From contig JAGSHB010000012.1 in NCBI GenBank assembly GCA_023954815.1, positions 982 through 64,981 of the forward strand: a stretch of DNA of 64,000 nucleotides, given 5' to 3'. The position numbers and the translations under genes are program-made. This DNA is from Myxococcales bacterium (GTDB lineage Bacteria; Myxococcota_A; UBA9042). Below, one piece after another: positions 48,601 through 56,892 of this stretch. The stretch's first letter is position 1, and every line of letters starts with the position of its first letter. Below the pieces are notes generated by a model. It was not told the DNA's origin, searched no databases, and was given only the letters and a program-made list of their open reading frames with translations.

Positions 48601-50217
48601 ATGGGCGACGATGTCATCGGGTTTAAGCGCTACATGGTCGCTGCGCTCTATCTCGAGACGGAAGGCTACATTCAAATGGCCGATGTCGAGACCACGCTGC
48701 GCACCGATGTGATCTCGCTGCCGCGGCAACCCTGGTCCCTCAAGGGTGCGCTGTCGACGATTCGCTACGATATGTACGGCGGCCTATCCAACCCCTTGGG
48801 CGGCTCGCCAGTATCCATCGCAGCGAGGGAAGACGTTCGCCCAGCAGACGCCGACCACTTGGCGTGGTGGCCAAAGAAGGAAGGAAAGCCGCTCAAATCT
48901 GACGCTTGGTCCGTGCCCACCAACGCCATGGCAACGGACGGCTACACGACGGTCGCCGTCGGAGATCGCGGCTGGATCGGCGTGTGGGGTGGCACCGCAT
49001 TCACGCAGCAAGCGACACCGACGCAACACGATCTGTATTCGGTGTGGATGGCGCCGGGCGCCAGTGGGGACGGATGGGCTGGCGGCGAGCGCCAGACCTT
49101 GTTGCGCCGAAACAACGTCACGGGGTGGCAAGCGTACCCGTCTCCCGTAGCGCAACCACCAGCGGGATCGCCGCCAGATGCCGGAAGAATCAGGGCGATC
49201 GCGGGTCGATCAGCGGATGATGTGTGGCTGCTGACAGGCCGTAACGAGCTGTACCACTGGGACGGGAAGGCGTGGTCGAGCGCCTTTGCGGGCCCGCTCG
49301 CCCCGCCGAAGTCCAAACCCAATACGTGGGGGGCATGGCAGGAGCTGCCACGCTTGCGCGCGATGCACCACATGGCCGACGGGGCGCTGATCGTCGTCGG
49401 AGATGGCGGCTATCTCGTGCGGGGCTACTTCAAGAACGGCAAGCTGTCCTGGCAACTGATTGCAAGCGGCACGAAACATGCACTCTACGCCGTGTGGGGT
49501 ATCTCCAGCGCGGACTTCTGGTTCTGTGGCGATGCCGGCACGCTGCGTCGGTACAGCGGCGGAACCACGACCCCGGTGGATACTGGCACGCTGCTCCCGT
49601 TATATGACGTGACCGGCACACCGAACGGCGTTCAGGCGGTCGGCGGCCTCGGCGCCTGGGTAGAAGTGGCGCTGGACGGCAAAGTCACCAACGTGTCGAT
49701 CGACAAGCTCTCGGTCGATCTGATGGCGGTCGCGCCCTTCCCGGGCGGAGTGGTGGCGGCAGGGCAGCCGATGGTGGTGATGGGGCCCTACTTGGAGCTT
49801 CCCTACATCGTCCTGCCAAAAATCAACGGTCCTATGGGCGACAAGCTCAAGTGGACCGCCAAACCTGGCGTGACACCGACCCTGCACCTCGTCCGCATCA
49901 CCGACTATTCGTACCGCACGCTGTGGGAGCTGTACGTCAAAGGCGATGTGACCGAGGTCGACCTGCCCGACTTTGAAAAGCTGGCCGCATTCAACCCCCT
50001 GCCCGGCGGCAAGATGCGTGTGCGACTGTGGCGAATTTACGCGCCCGGCCTGACGATTGATCACTACAATCACAAGCAGCTAAGTGTGTGGAAGTGGGTC
50101 AGCTATGCCTACAATTGGGTGATGACGAGCCAAGTCACCGATCTGTCGGGTACGAAACTGCCGCCTCCTGGGGTGCCGGGTGGTGGCAATCCGCAAAAAC
50201 TGCCGGCGTTCCCGTAG
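45658..50217 (+). CDS. Very large lipoprotein with IPT/TIG repeats, Cys-rich module and propeller-like region
   Basis: Lipobox MSGC; repeated (V/I).P..G...GG..V...G IPT motifs; C..D.DCP..F.C; L..VW...D.W..G..G repeats; start codon uncertain. Confidence 0.85.
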   Translation: MNRPRSNTVHKSMSCRLAVSRLCWLLLLLGIMSGCASPGSEEVARDAGAADAAATDAAGGLDADQPPGGDAVGDQSDGTATPVVSKPLILTVAPETGSSSGLTEVEITGIGLGTAIGVYFDESPGIDLQVLDDYTLRVQSPPRKPGFVDVTVRITDLEGNASEISLPLSFRYLADVQVHSVSPKAGPHNGGSLVTVTGNGFTPTTAFIFGDRLAIDPLVLDEFTASMHTPPGPVGRVAVSAGNADGAATLKNAYEYTGASTLKWVAPATSPIGGGTTLRVHGTALGGTGSAVSIMAPSKTDQNKLKPYNAGILAVAKDGSWLDIKAPAIMSSGAFDLVYTRKGKALTLAKGVTYIGATDPATGKQWNNAVVGLSPASAPVNVAKDVAIVVVGPIARQTNGQVEVRLSSSKVPVLWHDVGTQGPGQQSATIVVRLGPATWTVLPTKASIRVDVGYEDATGVGAFTWLPPIPKIVKVTPSLLSTAGGSPFTVHWGPKAVGFGAVVGVRIGALFATSINPGLPSKHAAMTVSGLAPKGSPGPADVQLILGNGTAIAANAVQFGGGVPKVAAITPGRGAVAGGSLVDLIGSGLSDLDRVFIGDKQVKDLKVIHPGLARFRTPPGKPGPATLMARYTNGNQQTLAQAYIYFDPVAGNYGTWGEPIDRDVNVTVMQSNMGGGRVPDATVVVERGEQVWTGVTDKNGQVVISAPNLTGPVTVSAAKPGYTAASVVKVGVRNVTVRLRKATAPPPSSGTGEPPPGNKPDPFPDGVINGTVSNSAKYTQLPMGDCKTQPAVGGNCKPCTTAKECFAGQTCELLRDPLQGFDLGAGGNAIPGATPVTQTNADPQRYCMSDCLKDTDCPGDFECRAIGLTTGAPLYRCTPRIGFAQTRCETSSPSMWGGNPKPGAGFIANDAGKFSIASRLGDVAVYCRSGYVEKGSGQFIPLMLGVTRGIHVLPGATVNDVKVTLTTPMTRTVRVRLDRIPMGDDVIGFKRYMVAALYLETEGYIQMADVETTLRTDVISLPRQPWSLKGALSTIRYDMYGGLSNPLGGSPVSIAAREDVRPADADHLAWWPKKEGKPLKSDAWSVPTNAMATDGYTTVAVGDRGWIGVWGGTAFTQQATPTQHDLYSVWMAPGASGDGWAGGERQTLLRRNNVTGWQAYPSPVAQPPAGSPPDAGRIRAIAGRSADDVWLLTGRNELYHWDGKAWSSAFAGPLAPPKSKPNTWGAWQELPRLRAMHHMADGALIVVGDGGYLVRGYFKNGKLSWQLIASGTKHALYAVWGISSADFWFCGDAGTLRRYSGGTTTPVDTGTLLPLYDVTGTPNGVQAVGGLGAWVEVALDGKVTNVSIDKLSVDLMAVAPFPGGVVAAGQPMVVMGPYLELPYIVLPKINGPMGDKLKWTAKPGVTPTLHLVRITDYSYRTLWELYVKGDVTEVDLPDFEKLAAFNPLPGGKMRVRLWRIYAPGLTIDHYNHKQLSVWKWVSYAYNWVMTSQVTDLSGTKLPPPGVPGGGNPQKLPAFP

Positions 50218-50272
50218 GATCGCGTACCCCAATCCCCTGTGCGGCGGCCTGTACTCGCCCTCTGGACTCCCC

Positions 50273-51709
50273 ATGACCTCGCCCTTGCGCCACCCGTTGG
50301 TCTTCTTGCTGAGCTTCGTCTGGCTTGTCCCCGCCGCGTGTTTCGCAGCGCAGAGCCAGCCAATTCCCCGGAAAAACGGGAGTGTTGCGAAAAAACAGCT
50401 GACGGGGAAACGTCCCACGTCTGAGCAAACAGGAAAGGAGGCGGACGCAACGGAAGGCAAACCCGTCGACTGGCGCGGTCTCGATCGGATGGATGCCGAC
50501 GGGCGCACCAAACGCAAAGACAAGCCGCCGCCCAATCCGGTGCAGCAGCTGGTGCAAAATGCCCCGTACCGGGTCCATGTGGCGACGACGAACGGCAAGA
50601 AAGTCACGATTACCGACGCCTATACCTTGGAGCGGCGGCGAATCTTCGTTGCGGACGCGATCGTGGGCTACGCATTTTCCTGGGATGGTCACTGGCTCTA
50701 CATCGTCTCAGGGACGGCCAATCTCCGAACGGTCCACGCGGTGGCGGTCAACACGGCGAAGGCGCGATCCCTGGGGCGCGTCACCCTGCGCAAGGGAGAG
50801 CACGTGGTCGAAGTGCTGGGGCGCGGCAAAGCCGACGGTGTGTCCGTGGCGGTTGTGATCGCCAGAGGGAAGCCGTGGCAGCTGGGTACCGGTTGCAAGA
50901 AAGCACGTAGGGTCCGCCGCGTTCGCTTTGTGCAGCGGCGGGGAAAATTGGTACGCGAGGCGCTCGAAGGGCCCCATGAACGCAAGTTTCCCTATCGATC
51001 ACGTCGGGTATCGCCCAACACGCGCTACACGGTTGAGCTGGCGGGCACGTTGAACATTCACGGGCGCTTTGGCGGTGGCGGAAAGGTCGAGCGACTCAAT
51101 AAGAAGGGTCTGCCTGCCAACAGCGGCTCGGTGCGCTGGATGCGGGATAGCCGCGGTGTGTTCGTGATTCATCGTCGCAAGGGTGCTTGCCCGCACCTGC
51201 GTGGGCTCGCGACCTTTCGGCAGCCGCTCAGTCAGTACGCGAGCTGGCGCAGGCAGCGCAATTGGGCGGATTGGCGTGTGCCCGGCGATGTGCAGCTCAC
51301 CCGCGGCGACCTCGCCCATCAGGATCTGTCTTGGTCGCCCGATGGGATGCGCTTGGTGGGCGTGACGGCCAAGGGGGTAGTGCTTGTTGAGCCGGTGATT
51401 CGGTACGGCAAGCGAGTCGCGCTCATCGCGCCGCCATCGACGCTTTGGCCAGCTGTGCGCCCTGGTGTGCGAAGTTTGGTCACAGGTGCGAGTGCGCTAC
51501 GGCATAGCGAGATCTTGTTGGAGCAGGGCAATCTCACAGCCGCGAAGGAGCGATTGGCGAAGGCCCCCAAGGGGGTCGAACAAGCGCGTCTGCTCAAGCG
51601 GCTGGCGAAATTGCAGCGCGTGCGTCTGCGCCGTTTGCGTGAATTTGGCCTCGCCCGGCCCCCTGCCCCGATCGCGCCGAGCCCCACCCCTGCGACCCGA
51701 GCACCCTAA
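50273..51709 (+). CDS. Secreted basic hypothetical protein, TolB/PD40-like propeller motifs
   Basis: Signal peptide; FSWDGHWLY, VSPNTRY, WSPDGMRL. Confidence 0.65.
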   Translation: MTSPLRHPLVFLLSFVWLVPAACFAAQSQPIPRKNGSVAKKQLTGKRPTSEQTGKEADATEGKPVDWRGLDRMDADGRTKRKDKPPPNPVQQLVQNAPYRVHVATTNGKKVTITDAYTLERRRIFVADAIVGYAFSWDGHWLYIVSGTANLRTVHAVAVNTAKARSLGRVTLRKGEHVVEVLGRGKADGVSVAVVIARGKPWQLGTGCKKARRVRRVRFVQRRGKLVREALEGPHERKFPYRSRRVSPNTRYTVELAGTLNIHGRFGGGGKVERLNKKGLPANSGSVRWMRDSRGVFVIHRRKGACPHLRGLATFRQPLSQYASWRRQRNWADWRVPGDVQLTRGDLAHQDLSWSPDGMRLVGVTAKGVVLVEPVIRYGKRVALIAPPSTLWPAVRPGVRSLVTGASALRHSEILLEQGNLTAAKERLAKAPKGVEQARLLKRLAKLQRVRLRRLREFGLARPPAPIAPSPTPATRAP

Positions 51710-51876
51710 CCCCGAGATTGCTGCAGCGCCTTGGACGGCAGAAGTTGTGCAACGTCAGATTTGCGGTGCGACTTGCCCGTCGCTTGGTTGACCGAAACCC
51801 ACCCCTGGGCTAGACCATTCGCGACGCGAGCCGGGTTCCCGACCGCGAACATGCAGCCCAATTTGGAGGACCACGC

Positions 51877-53187
51877 ATGAGCACGCTAAAGAGCCGTCTA
51901 GCCGAAAAAATCCCAGCCTGGCGCGACGATGTTCGCTTTCTCGCTAAAGAGCACGGCGATGTCGCGCTCGGAGAAGCCACCATTGGCAAGGCCTTGACCG
52001 GCATGCGCGGCCTCAAGGGACTGGTTTGCGACACGTCATACCTCGATCCGATGGAGGGCATCCGCTTTCGCGGTTACACCATCCCCCAGGCGCGCGCGGC
52101 GCTGCCGGCCCCGGCTGAAGGCTTGGAGGCCTACCCCACAGGGCTGTGGTTTCTCCTGCTGACGGGCGATCTGCCCACCGCCGACGAGGTCAACGAGCTT
52201 GAGGCCGATCTCAAGGCCCGCGCGAACGTGCCCGCCTACGTCTTCTCTGCCCTGGATGCGCTCCCAAGCGACACCCATCCGATGGTGCAGTTCTCGACCG
52301 CCATCACCGTGATGAGCAACGAGTCCAAGTTCGCCGCCGCCTACCACGATGGTCTCGGCAAGGGCGACTACTGGGAGCCGACCCTCGAAGACGCGCTCGA
52401 CCTCATCGCTCGTCTGCCCGTCGTCGCAGCCTACATCTACCGCCGTACCTACAAAGGTGGTGACCGCATCGACGCCAATCCCGATCTGGATTGGGGCGCC
52501 AACTTCGCCCACATGATGGGTATCGACTCGAAAGAGTACGAAAACCTGATGCGCTTGTACTTGCTCATCCACACGGACCACGAAGGCGGCAACGTCAGCG
52601 CGCACACGTCGCACGTGGTGAGCTCGGCCCTGTCGGACGTCTACCTCTCGGTGGCCGCAGGCATCAACGGTCTCGCTGGTCCGCTGCACGGCCTCGCCAA
52701 CCAGGAGTGCCTCAAGTGGATCAACACGCTGATGGACCACTTCGACGGCAACGTGCCGACCGAAGAGCAGGCCCGCAAGTACGCGTGGGATACCCTCAAC
52801 GCACGCCGCGTCATCCCGGGCTTCGGTCACGCCGTGCTGCGCAACACCGACCCGCGCTACGTCGCTCAGCGTGAGTTCAGCCTCGCCAAGGGCATGGGCG
52901 ACCACCCGGTCGTGGCGACTGTCCACCGTCTGTTCGACGTGGTGCCCGGCGTGCTCAAAGAGCATGGCAAGGCCAAGAGCCCGTGGCCCAACGTGGACGC
53001 CCACTCCGGCGCGCTACAGGTCTACTACGGCGTGACGGAAGCTGACTTTTACACCGTATTGTTCGGGGTTTCGCGCGCAATGGGCATCACAGCGCAGATC
53101 GTCTGGGACCGCGCGATGGGCATGAGCCTGGAGCGGCCGAAGTCGGTCACCGTGGCGATGCTGAAGGCTGCGGCTGGCGTCGCGTAA
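51877..53187 (+). CDS. gltA: Citrate synthase, eukaryotic/mitochondrial type
   Basis: GMRGLKGLVCDTS.LDP.EGIRFRG, HPM.QFS, DHEGGNVSAH, GLAGPLHGLANQE, GHAVLR.TDPRY, WPNVDAHSG, ERPKS. Confidence 0.95.
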   Translation: MSTLKSRLAEKIPAWRDDVRFLAKEHGDVALGEATIGKALTGMRGLKGLVCDTSYLDPMEGIRFRGYTIPQARAALPAPAEGLEAYPTGLWFLLLTGDLPTADEVNELEADLKARANVPAYVFSALDALPSDTHPMVQFSTAITVMSNESKFAAAYHDGLGKGDYWEPTLEDALDLIARLPVVAAYIYRRTYKGGDRIDANPDLDWGANFAHMMGIDSKEYENLMRLYLLIHTDHEGGNVSAHTSHVVSSALSDVYLSVAAGINGLAGPLHGLANQECLKWINTLMDHFDGNVPTEEQARKYAWDTLNARRVIPGFGHAVLRNTDPRYVAQREFSLAKGMGDHPVVATVHRLFDVVPGVLKEHGKAKSPWPNVDAHSGALQVYYGVTEADFYTVLFGVSRAMGITAQIVWDRAMGMSLERPKSVTVAMLKAAAGVA

Positions 53188-53222
53188 CACCGCGAGTGGG
53201 TCAACCGCCTACTAGTGACACG

Positions 53223-53264
53223 AACCCGGCTGAGCCTGAGCGCTCGGCCGGGTTTGTCCCTTTT
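53223..53264 (+). terminator. Rho-independent terminator after gltA
   Basis: AACCCGGCTGAGC...GCTCGGCCGGGTT followed by TGTCCCTTTT. Confidence 0.7.
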
Positions 53265-53301
53265 GTAGTGACGCTTTGACAGAGGGACCGGCCTGGACAA
53301 C

Positions 53302-55176
53302 TCACTTCGCCGCGGCGCTGCCCTCTGCGCGGCCATCGCTGACAGCTTCGACGCTGGTAATCACGCCCTTATTTCGGACAATGCGCACCGCCTGCACGTC
53401 GCACCAGGGCACCTTGGCCACGACCTTGTGACCGCGTTTCTCCAGCGCTTTCCGCCACAGGGCCTCGCCCTTGCCCTCTTCGACCCACACCTCGTCTGGG
53501 AACGTCTGGTGGTGCATCCGCGGCGCGTCGATGGCCGCTAGCAGGGGCTGTTTGGCGATCAGGGTACGCCACGCGACTTGAAACACAGCCGTAGGGATCC
53601 GCGTACCGCCGGGAGAACCAACGATGAGGACCGGCTGGTTGTCTTTGAGGAAGATGGTTGGGGTCATCGACGAGACCGGGCGCGCCCCCGGCCGGAAGAG
53701 ATTGGCGCGGCTGCCCGCGAGGCCAAAGGCGTTACTCTCCGTCAGCGTGAAAGAGAAATCGTCGAGCTCGTTGTTAAGCCAGACGCCGCTCTTGGCCGCC
53801 AAGATACCGCTGCCAAAGAGCAGGTTCACCGTGTGGGTCGACGCGATCGCCATGCCATTTCGGTCGATGATCGACACGTGACTGGTGTTGTTGTGGCGCT
53901 CCAGTTTGCCGATGGAAGTCTTGGCGCTCGGGGTCGCACGCTTGGGGTCGAAGGTCTTGCTCAGCTTCTTGCGGACGGCGGCGGGATAGACGTCATCGAG
54001 CTTTTCAGCCGGCGTCTCCGTGTCGCCGCTGAAGGCCAGTCGCAGCTGAAACCCACGGCGCATGGTCTCCGCGAGGGCGTGGGCTGTGTCGGCGCTCTCA
54101 CTGGGGTTGGGCGCAGCCTTAGGGGCGAACCGGGCCATGAACTCCGCCATGGCGACCAGCTGCGGTCCACCGGCCGACGGCTGAGGCATGGTGAGGACGG
54201 ACAGACCGAGGGCGGTGCCGGTCAATGGCTTACGCCACCTAGGCTTGTAGGCCTTCAAGTCGGCCGCACTCACGTGCCCACCAGCTGCCTTCACCGTGGC
54301 GACGATATCGGCCGCAACCTGTCCCTCGTAGAGCCCCTTTGGCCCTTTTCGTGCGATCTTCTCGAGTGTTTTGGCTAAAGCGGGCTGGCGCAGCACGGCC
54401 CCCTTTGTCGGCGCCTTGTCATGGGCGCCGATGACGGCGCGCGCACTCGGCGATAGCACTTCCCAGGTCTGCTGCGCCGCATCGACGAGCACATCGCCCA
54501 TCACAAAGCCCTTCGCGGCGACGCGAACAGCGGGTGCCACCAACTCCTTCCACGGGCGCTTGCCCCAACGCTTGTGCACTTCCCACAGCCCCGCGACATA
54601 GCCCGGCACTCCGATGGCGAGCCCGTGACGTTGGGAGCGTTTAGCCACCGCTTTTCCCTTGTCGTCGAGGTATTGCTTGAGCCGCCCATCTGCCGGTGCC
54701 TGCTCGCGAAAGTCGACCGCATGAGGCGCTTTGCCCGTCCCAGGCCACACGATGGCGAAACCTCCGCCACCGATTCCGGTCGATTGGGGGGTGACGACGG
54801 TGAGCATGAAGCTCGCGGCGACCCAGGCATCCACCGCCGTACCGCCTTTGTCGAGCGCAGCCATGGCTGCAGCGGTTGCCAGAGGATGGGCCGTGGCGAC
54901 CCCTGCGTTTTTGCCCACGGCCCGGCGCACAACGGCTGGGGTTGGAACAGGTCGCAGGGCGCTGGCGATCGCGGCGCTCACCGTTGCATTGCTGGCCAAG
55001 GCGAGCGCCACCGCTGCGGCCGTGGCAGCGCTGGGCAGCGGTGCTGCCTCTCCCTTCGAAGACGGCTCTGCGCGCTGGACTGCTACGGGCTCTGTGCCTG
55101 CCTGAGTTGGCTTCGGCGCGCCGCGACAGGAAGCCAGGCCCACAATCAGGAGCGGGACAAGAAGGTGGCGTTGCAT
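53302..55176 (-). CDS. ggt: Gamma-glutamyltransferase (lipoprotein)
   Basis: Lipobox LASC; GIGGGGF, DFRE.AP, TSHVSIID (Thr nucleophile), NNELDDF, RPVSSMTP, GSPGG.RI. Confidence 0.95.
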   Translation of the reverse strand: MQRHLLVPLLIVGLASCRGAPKPTQAGTEPVAVQRAEPSSKGEAAPLPSAATAAAVALALASNATVSAAIASALRPVPTPAVVRRAVGKNAGVATAHPLATAAAMAALDKGGTAVDAWVAASFMLTVVTPQSTGIGGGGFAIVWPGTGKAPHAVDFREQAPADGRLKQYLDDKGKAVAKRSQRHGLAIGVPGYVAGLWEVHKRWGKRPWKELVAPAVRVAAKGFVMGDVLVDAAQQTWEVLSPSARAVIGAHDKAPTKGAVLRQPALAKTLEKIARKGPKGLYEGQVAADIVATVKAAGGHVSAADLKAYKPRWRKPLTGTALGLSVLTMPQPSAGGPQLVAMAEFMARFAPKAAPNPSESADTAHALAETMRRGFQLRLAFSGDTETPAEKLDDVYPAAVRKKLSKTFDPKRATPSAKTSIGKLERHNNTSHVSIIDRNGMAIASTHTVNLLFGSGILAAKSGVWLNNELDDFSFTLTESNAFGLAGSRANLFRPGARPVSSMTPTIFLKDNQPVLIVGSPGGTRIPTAVFQVAWRTLIAKQPLLAAIDAPRMHHQTFPDEVWVEEGKGEALWRKALEKRGHKVVAKVPWCDVQAVRIVRNKGVITSVEAVSDGRAEGSAAAK

Positions 55177-55223
55177 GAAAAGCTCCGAAAAACCGGCCTA
55201 AAAGCGCACAAGTAGCTGCGCAC

Positions 55224-56888
55224 TCATGGTGAAGGGCTGGGTGTGGATTTCAACCGATAAAGCCCAACTTTTAGACGCGTCTGTTGCGGCCACCAGGGAA
55301 AGTGGACGTCGCCATGGTGGGCAAGGTCACGCTCGAACACGGGGTCGATGTCGCCGCGCGCCCACGCCCGCGCGCAAGCTGGCTGCACAAAGGCAACAGG
55401 CGGCGCGGCATCCACCGGGCGATGCTGGGCGTAACAACGGACGCCAAGCAAGACCCAGATGGGCGACTCATCGCTCGCCGTGCCGTCCGGCGGCAGCCGC
55501 TTGAGAGCGCGAAGGGACAGCTGAGCTACGGGGCGTTGAAATCGCCAAAGGGGGTAGTGTCGGCTGACCTTATCAGCGCCCGCGTCGTCGTAGTTCAACC
55601 AGTGAAGCGTGCCCCGTTTGCCAGCCAATTTCGCGGCAGCATCCGCCAGGAGACGGTCCTCGAGATCTGCATTTTCCGGCTGATAGAGCCACGGAACCGT
55701 AGCGGCAGCGCTGAGCACCACAGCGGCGATCACCCACTTGCGCGGAGCGGCGGGCGCCACCCACACAGCAGCAGCGCAGGCCGCCCACAACGCCAGCCAA
55801 GGAGCTTGTAGGCGCGCCATGGACACCACGACGGGGTCTGCCATGCCGGGGAGGATGGCGAGCAATCCGAGGGTCAGCGTGAACTTGAGGAGGTTGACCT
55901 CGGGCGTGGCCTGCCGGCGAACCCGCCAAGCAGCGAGCAGCCCGACGCCTGTGAGCACCACCGGAAAAACATGTGGCCAGAGCGCCGCGTTCATCCCCGC
56001 GAGCATGGGCGGGACCCGCAGCACGAACCACGGCGACCATCCCGAGGGCAAGTCTCCCCGGCCGCCGCGCATCATCGCGCCAGTCAACAGCCAGACTATC
56101 TGCGGAAGCACGCCCCACAGCAAAGCCACCAACGGCCCCCTCGCTCGGCGGACCGGCGCGGCCGCGGGGCCGAATGGGCTGCGATGGGCATCGTCAGTAT
56201 CGCCAGCGACCTCATCGGCTCTCTGCTGAGAAAACCAGCGTGAAAGGGCCCACGGCGTGATGAGAGACACCAACACGAGCGCGGGCCGAGTGTGGCTCGC
56301 AGCGATCCAAGGCGCGACCGCCAACCAAGCGTAGCCATGGCGCCCAGTGGATAGCCAGCGTGCCCAAAGTCCGGAGCCGATGATCCAGGCCGCAAAGGCG
56401 ACGACCAACGCTGCCTCACTGCGATGATGGCGAATCAGAACGGGGAGTAGCGCAAGCGCCCACGCCACTGCGGGCAACACGCGCGGTTTCGGCAGCCAGG
56501 CACGCGCCGCCACTGCGAGCCCTCCGACAGTGAGCACCCCGACCGTGCCGTTGACGACGGCGATCGCCCGCCCAGGAGACAGCCCCGTCAGCAGATGAAA
56601 TGGGCGCAACAACCCGATGAGACCGGCGCCATATTTCGGAATGGGCTGGCCGGCGGCAATGCGACCCACCAGATCCCAGCCTGTGAAGACACGCACCCAA
56701 TCAAATGGGACCACGAAGCGGATGAGCGCTGCGACGAGCACAGCAGCGAACCACCAGCGCACCTCCCACTTGGGAGTCGATCGCAAGAGCGCTCGCACAT
56801 CCGGCAATAGCGTCGCAGCACCGACGAAGGTGAAGAACCAGGCGATTGCGCAGACGGCGAGCAGCACATCCTCAATGCTGGCCTCCAT
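55224..56888 (-). CDS. Polytopic membrane protein, possible GT-C glycosyltransferase
   Basis: Many TM helices, LALLP.....RSEA motif reminiscent of GT-C/ArnT-like proteins, soluble C-terminal domain. Confidence 0.55.
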   Translation of the reverse strand: MEASIEDVLLAVCAIAWFFTFVGAATLLPDVRALLRSTPKWEVRWWFAAVLVAALIRFVVPFDWVRVFTGWDLVGRIAAGQPIPKYGAGLIGLLRPFHLLTGLSPGRAIAVVNGTVGVLTVGGLAVAARAWLPKPRVLPAVAWALALLPVLIRHHRSEAALVVAFAAWIIGSGLWARWLSTGRHGYAWLAVAPWIAASHTRPALVLVSLITPWALSRWFSQQRADEVAGDTDDAHRSPFGPAAAPVRRARGPLVALLWGVLPQIVWLLTGAMMRGGRGDLPSGWSPWFVLRVPPMLAGMNAALWPHVFPVVLTGVGLLAAWRVRRQATPEVNLLKFTLTLGLLAILPGMADPVVVSMARLQAPWLALWAACAAAVWVAPAAPRKWVIAAVVLSAAATVPWLYQPENADLEDRLLADAAAKLAGKRGTLHWLNYDDAGADKVSRHYPLWRFQRPVAQLSLRALKRLPPDGTASDESPIWVLLGVRCYAQHRPVDAAPPVAFVQPACARAWARGDIDPVFERDLAHHGDVHFPWWPQQTRLKVGLYRLKSTPSPSP

Positions 56889-56892
56889 GCTG

